DNA of 64,000 nt from contig JAIOOW010000002.1 of NCBI GenBank assembly GCA_021414205.1, positions 18,692-82,691 on the forward strand. The letters run 5' to 3'. This document shows, piece by piece, positions 28,651-38,389 of the stretch (positions are counted from its first letter, which is position 1; each line of letters begins with the position of its first letter). The notes beneath the pieces were generated by a model that was given only the letters and a program-made list of their open reading frames with translations, was not told the origin of the DNA and did no database searches. The stretch is from Candidatus Anderseniibacteriota bacterium (GTDB taxonomy: Bacteria; Patescibacteriota; Andersenbacteria; UBA10190). The position numbers were made by a program, and so were the translations under genes.

Positions 28651-29241
28651 TTATTCTAAATTAGAATGACGAGCCCACATCGTGTCGTGCGTTTCATGCA
28701 TCTGCTCCATCAGCATAAGCACGAGGCAGTCAAATAAAATTCCGAGGCATTGCTCGTTTAATGTCGTCATCGGCTGAATAGAAGTGAATCCTTCAACTTG
28801 CTTTGTCTTAGATGGTGCTGGCAACAAAATAATAGCGTCTGCAAGCTTACCCATTCGCGAATCAGGGTTACCAGTAATAAGTGCAATTCGAGCCCCATTT
28901 TTATGGGCAATTTCTACAAGATCGTATATCGTCTGCGTTTCCCCTGACCCAGAAGCAACAATCAATAGATCGCCTTTTCCTAGTGCGGGTACCGTTGCAT
29001 CTCCAAGCATATGCACATGCTTGCCTAAGTGCGCCAATCGCATTGCAAAACCACGAACTGCCATGCCGACACGGCCAGCACCGCATGCGACGATCGTATT
29101 AGCATACTGAATCTCTCGTAAAAATTCTTCCGCTTCTTGTTGGTTAACTTTTCCTAATACCCATGAGATTTCGGCGAGGATCTGGAAAGAGGTTGTTTGT
29201 ATGTGAGTCTTTTGACTTCCTGCTGTTTCTGATTTGTTCAT
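28651..29241 (-). CDS. SIS-domain sugar-phosphate isomerase of the 6-phospho-3-hexuloisomerase (PHI/HxlB) / KdsD clade. Not GmhA-like.
   Basis: VACGAGRVGMAVRGFAMRLAHLG...GDLLIVASGSGET...TIQPM...HANLE. The single SIS domain (196 aa) with the AGRSG..FAMRL and SGSGET signature is PHI-type. The GNGGSA motif of GmhA is absent. Confidence 0.6.
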   Translation of the reverse strand: MNKSETAGSQKTHIQTTSFQILAEISWVLGKVNQQEAEEFLREIQYANTIVACGAGRVGMAVRGFAMRLAHLGKHVHMLGDATVPALGKGDLLIVASGSGETQTIYDLVEIAHKNGARIALITGNPDSRMGKLADAIILLPAPSKTKQVEGFTSIQPMTTLNEQCLGILFDCLVLMLMEQMHETHDTMWARHSNLE

Positions 29242-29281
29242 ATGTGAAGCGTATCACTGGATATATGGCATGACAAACAAG

Positions 29282-30562
29282 TCAGGAATGCAGTATATCG
29301 CTCGAATGTTTGCCGATATATCCTTTGTGCCAAAAGAAGTACAGAAAAGCAAAGTAGAGAAATACGATTCCAAAAGAAAATGGCGCAGCAAATAGCCCGA
29401 TACTTGGCAAGAAATACCAAAGCAATCCAATAAAAATGGATCCTCCGATCACGCTTTGTGCTGCGATGAAGAAAAAGTATTTTGGACCAAAACTTAAGAA
29501 AACATTCACGTATACGGTGTACAGGAACGTTAAAGTTGCATACATACCCATCGCCATACCAAGAGGTATAGATAGCGGATATTGCTTACCAAATAATGAG
29601 AACAAAACGATGCAGACCAGTGTAAAAAATAAAAATAGGGGAACAATGCTAATAATCACAATTCGAGAAAGCTGCTTCATTAATGCTCTCCCGTCGCTTC
29701 GATGAGCAACTTCAGGAAATAGGACGTTCATAATAATATTACTCAACTGCATCGCAATCGACACAGATACGACCGCATAGGCGCTATAAATACCAAGTTG
29801 CACATGCCCAAGGCGATGCTCAACAACTATTTTATCTATGCTTAAAAAAAGAATTGTACCAACGGCTGAAAGAACTCCAAATTTACCATACGCCCAAGAT
29901 TGTATCCCTTGAGCAGTATTTATTTTTAAATGAGGCACTGTCCGCAAAATCGCAATGAGATACGATGCGATAGAGAAAAGAGCACCGCATGAAAGACTGA
30001 AAATAAGGTTTCCATATCCATGCTTATTAAATAACTCATATAGAATATAGAAGGCGCCCAATGATATCGCGGCATCCCCTACTTTAATAAGCGATTGGAA
30101 TCGAAACCCTCCCGTTGCACGGATAACAGAATCAAGACCAACTCGAACTGCAAGCAACGCCATAAATCCAATAGATATATCAAATAGAAAAACTGGGATT
30201 TGAAAAAAAGAACTTGCATATGAGCTTACGGCATACAATATCCCCGATGATGCGACAATAATGCCAAAGAGGAATAAAAACCCTGACAGCGCAGCCTCGC
30301 CAACATTATACGTTTTCTTTGCTAGTACAATGCTTCGGATGATCGCCACATCCATACCCTGAACCGGAAAAGAAAATATTTGCACAAGCGCCAACACAAG
30401 CCCATACGAAGCAAATTCTTTTGGCCCCAACACTCTCCCGCTAATAACATAGGTACTGATAGAGATAAGAGATGCTATGGCAAATCCAATAAATGAATAG
30501 GAAAGATTTGCTAAAAATGCCCGTATATTGCCGCTTAGTATGTCTTTGAAATATCGAATCAT
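29282..30562 (-). CDS. Wzx-type oligosaccharide flippase (polysaccharide biosynthesis protein, MOP superfamily).
   Basis: 426 aa with roughly 12 TM helices. The N-terminal IRAFLANLSYSFIGFAIASLISISTYVISGRVLGPKEFASYGLVLAL pattern is typical of PST/Wzx proteins. Confidence 0.6.
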   Translation of the reverse strand: MIRYFKDILSGNIRAFLANLSYSFIGFAIASLISISTYVISGRVLGPKEFASYGLVLALVQIFSFPVQGMDVAIIRSIVLAKKTYNVGEAALSGFLFLFGIIVASSGILYAVSSYASSFFQIPVFLFDISIGFMALLAVRVGLDSVIRATGGFRFQSLIKVGDAAISLGAFYILYELFNKHGYGNLIFSLSCGALFSIASYLIAILRTVPHLKINTAQGIQSWAYGKFGVLSAVGTILFLSIDKIVVEHRLGHVQLGIYSAYAVVSVSIAMQLSNIIMNVLFPEVAHRSDGRALMKQLSRIVIISIVPLFLFFTLVCIVLFSLFGKQYPLSIPLGMAMGMYATLTFLYTVYVNVFLSFGPKYFFFIAAQSVIGGSIFIGLLWYFLPSIGLFAAPFSFGIVFLYFAFLYFFWHKGYIGKHSSDILHS

Positions 30563-30611
30563 CTATACGGATTATACTGAATATGCGCTATCCATGATAC
30601 AGTGCTAGGTT

Positions 30612-32774
30612 ATGAAAAAGATAGGTATCATCATACTACTGTCAGCATTATTTCTCTGGTTTGCCACTCCATGGTCTGCCAGTGTCGGTATTATTGCCCT
30701 GCTTAGCTTTATGTTTTTTAGCGTCACTGACTGGGAATCTCGCCCGAGATTATTCCAAGGGGTCGCCATAACTCTCGTCGCCCTCATTGGTCTTTATATA
30801 GTAGGGCCTCGAATTGCGCCGCAACCATGGTCAATTTGCTTTCAAAGAACTGTCGTGCCCGAAACCTTGAAAACACCATGCGAAACAAGCGCGCAGTTTC
30901 CTTATGGAGAAAAAACATTGACGGCAGATACGATTGCTTGGGACACAAATACCATTCCGACGTACTTCATGGATGATAAATTAGCGTTTAACTGGTATCT
31001 ACCGGCGGATCCCAATCGAGAGCACTTGCCTTATAACATGATTCTTGCAAGAACTATCCAGGGCGGTCCGCATCAGCACGTAGCAATTACTAGTTCGTTT
31101 GCAGGGCTCACTGCAACCAGTGACGGCGTCAACACAACTATTCAAAAAAACAAAGAAACGACGCTCTATTTTTCAGAACAGAAGATGTATCAACTACGCA
31201 TAAGCGGTGCTCATATTCGCGACGCATCGGATTCTCTGCACGTTTCTGGAATTAATAATTCATTTTTATATATCTTATTTCACGCAATAAAAAACATTGG
31301 ATACGCAATTTTGTGCCTCCTCATTATTCGTTGTGCGTACCTGCAAGTTATTCGTTTACCACATGAACAGCGATATATGGCAGTCGGTATTGCGGGAATT
31401 CTCGCAATACTCTACCTACTTCCAAGCGAACAATTCGGGGTGCTTGCACTCGCATTGTTTTTTGCGTGGTGCGGGAGAAGAAAAAACATGTTACTGCCTA
31501 TATTGCTATTTGCAATACTTATTGCGCTGTCGTTTGCTCGGTCGTTTATTCCGTATGAGCATGTATACATTAATTACGGAATCCCGTTTCTTACTATACT
31601 AGCAATAATCTGCTCGACATTTTTCAGACAACAAAAAATAAGCATAGTAGTTATTGCGTTATTGCTACTGAACAGCTTTATATTTATTTCGCATACGCAC
31701 CCGTATGGCAGCCTCGTACTATTTACAGGAGGCAATGACGAATTAACGCACGAAGGATTTGCCCGATTAGCCCTTACGGGGCAAACGTGGCGCGACAAGC
31801 TCATTGCGGGAGAAAACTATGCGTTCTACTATCAGCCACTGTATCGTTACATGCTAGCTGGCATGCATGCATTATGGGGAGAATCAATGTTTGGCCCATA
31901 TGTGGTGCAAACATTCCTCACAAGCATTGCATTTTTCACGACGCTTAGATTTTTACGCATATTCAACATTCGATACCTACCGGCACTATTTGCTGTTCTT
32001 TTCATTCTTACCAATTACGTCTACTACGTCTCGTTATTCACGTTGTCGCAAGGCGCATTTCAACAATCAATCGCATTGCCGTTGCTGATTATCTGCTGGA
32101 TTGCAACCCTGTCGATGATATATAAAAAACCCTCCGCTCAATTCGGAATACTGCTTGGCCTTGCATGGGGAGTAGTGTATGCAACGCGAACAGATTTTCT
32201 GCCGTCCCTTCCCATTGTATTTTGCATAACAGCCTACGCAACTTGGAAACAACGCATCCTGCCCTCTTGGATTCTTGGGCTGTCCATTGCGCCGATACTG
32301 GTTATTGCAAGAAATATCATCATCGCGCATCAGGCGGTCTTCATGCCTACATCAGGACTTATTAATCTAACGTCGGAATTTACTCCGCTATTTCCAAATA
32401 CAACAGCACAAGAACTGCAATCACTAGGATACGGAGATTTACTTAAGCACGTATATGCAACATATCACAACAACATAAGCGCGTTATGCATAGCAATTTG
32501 GCATAACCTCAGAGAAAAATTCATAGGAATTATCCCGCCAAGAATTGTACTATGGTACATATCTCCAGTAACTGTTGTATTAGCATTACTACTAAAGCCA
32601 AGTAAGCAGATTGCCGTAATTCTATTATTCGTATTACTTTTCTTTTTAATACTGATTCCCAATATATTTTTTGATCAGCATAACGGCGTTGCGATGTTTG
32701 GATTCTATGACTATATCTTGCTATTATTTTGCGCAATTGCAGGATCGAAATTACTCTATATACTAAAAATATGA
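30612..32774 (+). CDS. GT-C-fold glycosyltransferase (PMT/ArnT-like) with an N-terminal anchored periplasmic domain.
   Basis: 720 aa. Two N-terminal TM helices are followed by a roughly 170-aa soluble domain and then about 11 TM helices. GGNDELTHEGF carries a DE first-loop motif, and YAFYYQPLYRYMLAG resembles PMT/ArnT family proteins. Confidence 0.5.
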   Translation: MKKIGIIILLSALFLWFATPWSASVGIIALLSFMFFSVTDWESRPRLFQGVAITLVALIGLYIVGPRIAPQPWSICFQRTVVPETLKTPCETSAQFPYGEKTLTADTIAWDTNTIPTYFMDDKLAFNWYLPADPNREHLPYNMILARTIQGGPHQHVAITSSFAGLTATSDGVNTTIQKNKETTLYFSEQKMYQLRISGAHIRDASDSLHVSGINNSFLYILFHAIKNIGYAILCLLIIRCAYLQVIRLPHEQRYMAVGIAGILAILYLLPSEQFGVLALALFFAWCGRRKNMLLPILLFAILIALSFARSFIPYEHVYINYGIPFLTILAIICSTFFRQQKISIVVIALLLLNSFIFISHTHPYGSLVLFTGGNDELTHEGFARLALTGQTWRDKLIAGENYAFYYQPLYRYMLAGMHALWGESMFGPYVVQTFLTSIAFFTTLRFLRIFNIRYLPALFAVLFILTNYVYYVSLFTLSQGAFQQSIALPLLIICWIATLSMIYKKPSAQFGILLGLAWGVVYATRTDFLPSLPIVFCITAYATWKQRILPSWILGLSIAPILVIARNIIIAHQAVFMPTSGLINLTSEFTPLFPNTTAQELQSLGYGDLLKHVYATYHNNISALCIAIWHNLREKFIGIIPPRIVLWYISPVTVVLALLLKPSKQIAVILLFVLLFFLILIPNIFFDQHNGVAMFGFYDYILLLFCAIAGSKLLYILKI

Positions 32775-33739
32775 ACGTACTTATTACAGGTGGCGCAGGA
32801 TTTATCGGATCGCATACGGCAAAAGCATTATTGCGACGAGGAGATAACGTGGTTTTATATGACGATTTTAATGACAGATATGATCCGCGCTTAAAAGAAG
32901 CTCGAGTTGCTCATATGTTTGAAGATGGGGATAAGCCCGTCTTAGTACGGGGAGATATTCTGGATCAAGAGCTGCTAGAACAAACGATCAAAGAACACAA
33001 CATAGATTCTGTTATCCACTTGGCTGCATGGGCATCTGTTCAACCCAGTATTGATAATCCGAGAATATATTCCGATGTAAACGTCACCGGAACCGTTTCA
33101 GTACTAGAAGCTTCTCGGAAAAACAATATTAAGAGACTAGTAGTCGCTTCAAGTTCTTCTGTATATGGCGGTATGACGGAAATGCCATTTCGAGAAGATA
33201 TGAACATTATGCACCCTATTTCTCCATACGCAGCCACAAAAGGCGCAACGGAGCTCATGTGCGCAACGTGGAATCATTTATATAATATCCCTACCACTTG
33301 CCTACGCTTTTTTACCGTGTATGGCCCTTGGGGTCGTCCAGAAATGGCAATCTTCTCTTTTACAAAAGATATCCTAGCCGGAAAAACAATTAAAATGCGT
33401 GGAAAAAATACATCTCGAGACTTTACCTATATAGACGATATCGTTTCAGGAGTAGTAGGCGCACTGGATAATGTACAAGGATACAACGTATATAACTTGG
33501 GCGAATCTGACGGCGTACCGCTCCCGAGAATGATCCAAGCTCTTGAATCAGCAATTGGCAAAAAGGCAACCATAGAAGAAGTTGAATTACCTACAGGAGA
33601 CATCCCTGCAACGCTTTCCGATATTTCGAGAGCAAAGAAAGATTTGTCATACAATCCAACTACAAGCATCGAAGAAGGCACGAAAAAATTCGTAGATTGG
33701 TATAGGGAGTGGTATGACCAAATCTTCGTTTCTCAGTAA
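32771..33739 (+). CDS. NAD-dependent epimerase/dehydratase, UDP-glucuronate 4-epimerase-like.
   Basis: MNVLITGGAGFIGSH; the YAATKGATE catalytic YxxxK; RFFTVYGPWGRPEMA, which is diagnostic of the UDP-GlcA 4-epimerase (CapI/Gla) family. Start overlaps the upstream stop (ATGA at 32771-32774). Confidence 0.6.
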   Translation: MNVLITGGAGFIGSHTAKALLRRGDNVVLYDDFNDRYDPRLKEARVAHMFEDGDKPVLVRGDILDQELLEQTIKEHNIDSVIHLAAWASVQPSIDNPRIYSDVNVTGTVSVLEASRKNNIKRLVVASSSSVYGGMTEMPFREDMNIMHPISPYAATKGATELMCATWNHLYNIPTTCLRFFTVYGPWGRPEMAIFSFTKDILAGKTIKMRGKNTSRDFTYIDDIVSGVVGALDNVQGYNVYNLGESDGVPLPRMIQALESAIGKKATIEEVELPTGDIPATLSDISRAKKDLSYNPTTSIEEGTKKFVDWYREWYDQIFVSQ

Positions 33740-35087
33740 CTATTGGTCAGAAATACTGCTGTATACAATTGCTGTCGCATGTCTTGTTACGACAGCTGCT
33801 CAATACCCGCTATCAACTACGTTCCCGATTGGTGGCGATGCGGCAACCCATATTCGCACAGTTCAGCATATTTTTACTGATCCAATTTTCTCCCTACAAA
33901 AAATAGCAAATTCTTGGTACCCAGTTGCATACATATTATTTAGCATAAATGCCATTATCCCTCATGCAAACTGGCCGATCATTTTTTCTTGGTGGATGAC
34001 GCTCGGCCAAGTACTAACCGGCCTAGCACTTGGTCTTTTTGTATACAGACTATCTGGCCCCAAGGCATCCGCAATTGCAATCGCATTATGGGCCATGACT
34101 CCGATTACCATGACTTCTTTTTTTGAAGATGGGACAATGGCGCAATTATGGAGCTTGCCATGGGTCATTCTTTTCTTTGAACGAATGCTGGCAAAATCCT
34201 ACAAGGGCATGGCTCTCTTCGCTTTTCTTGCTCTCTTTTCGCACCCGATTACAGCACTGGTATTAATAGCTACACTCGCCGTATCTGCAATGATATTCGA
34301 TAAACGAGTTGCATTACTTGCGCTTGCTATCACTGCGATAGCAAGTATTGTAATTTATTTCAGGCAGGACATATTGCAAATTTCCAGCCACGAAGCATCG
34401 AAATATGTTCCGGAACTTCTTCACGGATTTTATCTGCCATGGGTGCTTGCGGCTTTATATGGTTGGTTTTGCATCATAAAATCGCACAAGCATCATGCAC
34501 TCCTTCTTACTACCCTTGGAAGCTTTTTCGCAGTAAGCCTCATGCTCGGCGCAAACGATCTTCTGGGTATTGGATTTTGGACGAATAGGCTCGATGCATA
34601 CATCGTCATATTTGTTGTTATCACTGGGGCAACAGGCGTAGCAGAAATCCTTAAAAATATACAGTCACCAATTCTTACAACATGCATTGCATCGCTATTA
34701 TGTACTGGGCTTACCATGTCGGCATTTCACGATAATCAAAATATTTATAAACGCTATGAATCGCCCAGTACCTATAGCCGCATTCATCCGCAAGAATTGG
34801 AATCCCTTGCGTGGATGAACAACAATCTCCCTTCAAATATAACACTATTCACTTCTGGAGAAACAAGGAATTACGAATGGATCCCTGTTCTTACGCACTT
34901 TAGGTGGGCACTTGAAAAAGCCGACGGCAGGACGTTACTCCAGCAAAGCTCTGGGGCGCAAAATCCGGTCGTAGTATTTTTCACAAGAAAAGATAACACC
35001 CCCGACGACGTGAGTAGTAATCAAGCGCAATACACACTCCTGTATAAGAACCCTAGCGTCCAAATATATAAAATCAATTCACTATGA
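33714..35087 (+). CDS. Polytopic membrane protein of the 'GGD' family. Putative glycan polymerase or GT-C-like transferase.
   Basis: 457 aa, around 10 TM helices, PIGGDAATHIR after TM1, and a hydrophilic C-terminal domain. Same architecture as 11718..13760. Confidence 0.4.
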   Translation: MTKSSFLSNYWSEILLYTIAVACLVTTAAQYPLSTTFPIGGDAATHIRTVQHIFTDPIFSLQKIANSWYPVAYILFSINAIIPHANWPIIFSWWMTLGQVLTGLALGLFVYRLSGPKASAIAIALWAMTPITMTSFFEDGTMAQLWSLPWVILFFERMLAKSYKGMALFAFLALFSHPITALVLIATLAVSAMIFDKRVALLALAITAIASIVIYFRQDILQISSHEASKYVPELLHGFYLPWVLAALYGWFCIIKSHKHHALLLTTLGSFFAVSLMLGANDLLGIGFWTNRLDAYIVIFVVITGATGVAEILKNIQSPILTTCIASLLCTGLTMSAFHDNQNIYKRYESPSTYSRIHPQELESLAWMNNNLPSNITLFTSGETRNYEWIPVLTHFRWALEKADGRTLLQQSSGAQNPVVVFFTRKDNTPDDVSSNQAQYTLLYKNPSVQIYKINSL

Positions 35088-35425
35088 AGAAATTAGACGC
35101 CATGCACGCAGCAAGCGCATATAGCATGTTGATTGGGATCGTCTGCGCAGCATTACGGTTAAACATCTGGATAACCCTCATCGCATTTATAGCTGGATTC
35201 ATATGGGCGCTTCGACTGCTAGATATCCGAAAATACGCCCTTATATATTCGATATTCCTATTCGTGCCGATAGTAGCGCTATTTATACGCATTCCAATCC
35301 CAGCATTTCTGCCAGACCTTATCCGTCTTGCAATTACGTTTTTCTTTTGGATACTAATCCTGCTCCTATCCTCATACTTAGTATTGGGACATAAAAAATC
35401 AAAAGAGCAGCGCAGCCGTATATAA
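35084..35425 (+). CDS. Small hydrophobic membrane protein (three or four TM helices), function unknown.
   Basis: The ATG overlaps the upstream TGA (translational coupling). Strongly hydrophobic with K/R flanks. Confidence 0.35.
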   Translation: MKKLDAMHAASAYSMLIGIVCAALRLNIWITLIAFIAGFIWALRLLDIRKYALIYSIFLFVPIVALFIRIPIPAFLPDLIRLAITFFFWILILLLSSYLVLGHKKSKEQRSRI

Positions 35426-36026
35426 AGAGTAAGGAGAGAGACCCAAGAGGCTGGCGTTGAAAGTTTTCAATATATAGTTGCAGATTTGTTTTTTGTATAA
35501 TAATACTCATAGCCATATCCCCATCCTTTTCATTGCTGGCAATTCGATAATTGCCGTTTGGATAAACGCTATTTTGTGGCTCGGCGAAGAATGCTGGCGC
35601 ACGACCACTCTCTGTATACGGAATGCTCGACCCGTCCAACATGACCTCTATATGCCCAGAAAGTGTTGTAGGCACTATAAACGGTAACTGAGCCAATACC
35701 ACGCCACTATCGCTAGATGGTGCTTGATATTTCCACCAAGTAACAAGTTGCTTATTCTGATACAGCTTAATTAAAATTTGTTCAGAATTGCTGGGAACAT
35801 ACAAAGGAATCTCTATGCGGGTAATAGAAGTGGGCGTATCCCAACGCAATGTTTGCGTGGCAGTAAATTGGGCAAACACTAGGTGCGAAAGCCGCGGCAA
35901 CTGGGCTGCTTGAATGTTTAAAAAAATGACATCGTGAGATATGAAGGAGTATACAACTGCTGCCCATACTACAACACCCCAATACAAAACAGATAGTGAT
36001 CCAAATAACCAATATCGAATCTTCAT
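35334..36026 (-). CDS. Membrane-anchored hypothetical protein (N-terminal signal anchor plus an extracytoplasmic domain).
   Basis: 230 aa. The N-terminal TM is followed by a beta-rich hydrophilic domain. Its 3' end overlaps the convergent small membrane-protein gene by 92 nt, so one of the two ends is uncertain. Confidence 0.35.
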   Translation of the reverse strand: MKIRYWLFGSLSVLYWGVVVWAAVVYSFISHDVIFLNIQAAQLPRLSHLVFAQFTATQTLRWDTPTSITRIEIPLYVPSNSEQILIKLYQNKQLVTWWKYQAPSSDSGVVLAQLPFIVPTTLSGHIEVMLDGSSIPYTESGRAPAFFAEPQNSVYPNGNYRIASNEKDGDMAMSIIIQKTNLQLYIENFQRQPLGSLSLLFIYGCAALLIFYVPILSMRIGAGLVSKRKT

Positions 36027-36044
36027 AATACGAGAAGAAAGAGC

Positions 36045-37316
36045 TTAGCGCTTTAACACTACGCGCCATCTATAAATAACAGCGCAAGCATACAAACTCC
36101 ATAGGCCATAACTCATGATAATGCCCCACAGCATGTACCTATGAAGAAGCGTCGCCAGAGCAGCTACGAATATAAGTCCGCCTACTGCGCTATGAAACGC
36201 CATATACCGGACGCCACTCACGCCATCGCTTGCGATAGCCCACCAATACATTCCGGTAAAAAATTGAATAACAGCAATGACGGCCATCCCGGCGCCGAAC
36301 CAAAACGACAGATAGTACGCATCCCCATATAAGGCCACCGCCGTATTCGTGATAAAAATACCAGCAATTAATAATGGCAAAGCTCCAACAATCGTCCCCT
36401 TGCGCATTCGTTTCCACATTTCTTCACTATCCCCCTCTTGCACTGCAACAGGGAAAAATACGTTAGCAATTAATCCGCCCAAGAACGTCATGACGGTAAT
36501 TGAAACCATATTATACGCGGCAAACTGTCCAAGAAATTGATTCCCGAGCTCGTATTTAATAATGAACTTGGCCGCAAACCCCAGTACGGTTGATAATACA
36601 AGCCAAATGATTGCGCGTGATCCATACGTCCACAATACCTGAAACGCGGAGTGCGAAATTTGCTTAAAGGACGCGTCAAATCGAATCCGTAGCGAATACC
36701 ACAGAATAAGACAGAATCCGCCAAGAAGCGTGGCAAGCATGTAATATGTATATGAGTGCAGCCCTGCGTACGCCATAAACGCAAATACGCCCAGCACCAT
36801 ACATTCCTCAATAACTTTTCCAACTGCCTGGTAACCGAATAGTCCTAATCCGCGCATCATTCCATCGAATAGTTGCTTAATAGCAAGCACTGTTGCGAAC
36901 GCCATAACAATCCCTTTCAAAAAAGGGAAAGGCAGAAGATACGAAACAAGGTTAGCCAATACGATAGTGATAATTAAAAATAAAATCGCGGAAGAAATAA
37001 TATAATTTTGACTCGACACATCTTCCCTCGTAAATGCAAGCGCGCGCACAATGGCAATCTCAAAACTCCACGTAATAAACAGTGCAATGAGTTGAGCTGT
37101 TGCTACTGCGAAACTATATTGCCCATATTGATCTGTTCCAAGAACACGACCGGCCCAAACTGAAACGGTAAACGAAATAATAGCAGCAACAACTCCCCCG
37201 ATCATCGACCAGTGCAATTGCTTCAAGAACTCAATTGTCTTTGGACCCATCGTTACGCCAAAAATCCTTTTATGTATGGAATCCAATATTCCCTCATACA
37301 GCGATAAAATCCCCAT
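36045..37316 (-). CDS. Wzx-type flippase (second copy, PST family).
   Basis: Around 12 TM helices. LKQLHWSMIGGVVAAIISFTVSVWAGRVLGTDQYGQYSFAVATAQLIAL is the typical N-terminus of polysaccharide biosynthesis proteins. The true start may be MGPKT at 37250. Confidence 0.55.
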   Translation of the reverse strand: MGILSLYEGILDSIHKRIFGVTMGPKTIEFLKQLHWSMIGGVVAAIISFTVSVWAGRVLGTDQYGQYSFAVATAQLIALFITWSFEIAIVRALAFTREDVSSQNYIISSAILFLIITIVLANLVSYLLPFPFLKGIVMAFATVLAIKQLFDGMMRGLGLFGYQAVGKVIEECMVLGVFAFMAYAGLHSYTYYMLATLLGGFCLILWYSLRIRFDASFKQISHSAFQVLWTYGSRAIIWLVLSTVLGFAAKFIIKYELGNQFLGQFAAYNMVSITVMTFLGGLIANVFFPVAVQEGDSEEMWKRMRKGTIVGALPLLIAGIFITNTAVALYGDAYYLSFWFGAGMAVIAVIQFFTGMYWWAIASDGVSGVRYMAFHSAVGGLIFVAALATLLHRYMLWGIIMSYGLWSLYACAVIYRWRVVLKR

Positions 37317-37354
37317 GCTTTCATCATACTACATCTTGTGTATACTGCAGATAT

Positions 37355-38389
37355 ATGAAAATTCTTATTACAGGCGGAGCAGGGTTTTTGGGCATAAATC
37401 TAACGAGATACTTACTTGGCAAGGGCCATGAAGTAATTTCATACGATATTGCCGATTTCGATTATCCAGAAAAAAACAAAATTCAAGTTGTTACAAAAGA
37501 TATCAGAAATAAAGCTGATCTGGATGCAGCTATGTCCGGGGTAGATATTGTCGTCCATTGCGCTGCAGCGCTCCCGCTGTATTCCAAAGAGGACATTTAC
37601 TCAACGGACGTAGACGGCACGAGAAACGTATTAACTTCTGCATTCGAACATGGCGCACAACGCGTTGTACATATCTCTTCTACTGCAGTATACGGAATCC
37701 CAGATCATCATCCGCTCTATGAAACGGATACGCTTCAAGGAGTTGGCGCATACGGCGAAGCAAAAATATTAGCGGAACAAGAGTGTGAAAAATTCCGATC
37801 CCAAGGAAAATGCGTTTCCATTATCCGCCCAAAATCATTCGTAGGACCAGAACGACTCGGAGTATTCGCGCTGTTCTATGACTGGGCATTAACAGGCCAC
37901 AACTTCCCCATGATTGGCATGGGAAATAACAAATACCAGCTTCTTGATGTAGATGATTTGTGCGATGCAATCTACTTATGCATCACCCAAGAAGAATCCG
38001 TTGCAAACGATACATATAATATCGGAGCAAAAGAATATACGACTATGAAAGAAGATTACCAAGCAGTGTTAGACAAGGCTGGCCATGGCAAAAAGATTAT
38101 TGGCTTTCCCGCATCTCCTATGATTTGGACGCTTCGACTATTAGAGGCACTGCATATTTCGCCACTGTATAAATGGGTATACGAAACAGCCTCAGTAGAT
38201 TCGTTCGTATCTATTGAGAAGGCGGAAAAGCAATTAGGCTATGCTCCAAAATTCTCGAATAAGCAAGCCCTTGTTAAGAATTATGATTGGTATATTGCAC
38301 ACCTCGCTGATTTTCAAAATAAGAGCGGAGTATCGCATAGAGTCCCCTGGAAGCAAGGAATTCTTGGGATAGTAAAATATCTATTTTAG
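37355..38389 (+). CDS. NAD-dependent epimerase/dehydratase (extended SDR, NDP-sugar modifying).
   Basis: MKILITGGAGFLGINL Rossmann motif and the GAYGEAK catalytic YxxxK. Start set at MKIL; the ORF track extends 120 nt upstream through the divergent Wzx gene. Confidence 0.6.
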   Translation: MKILITGGAGFLGINLTRYLLGKGHEVISYDIADFDYPEKNKIQVVTKDIRNKADLDAAMSGVDIVVHCAAALPLYSKEDIYSTDVDGTRNVLTSAFEHGAQRVVHISSTAVYGIPDHHPLYETDTLQGVGAYGEAKILAEQECEKFRSQGKCVSIIRPKSFVGPERLGVFALFYDWALTGHNFPMIGMGNNKYQLLDVDDLCDAIYLCITQEESVANDTYNIGAKEYTTMKEDYQAVLDKAGHGKKIIGFPASPMIWTLRLLEALHISPLYKWVYETASVDSFVSIEKAEKQLGYAPKFSNKQALVKNYDWYIAHLADFQNKSGVSHRVPWKQGILGIVKYLF

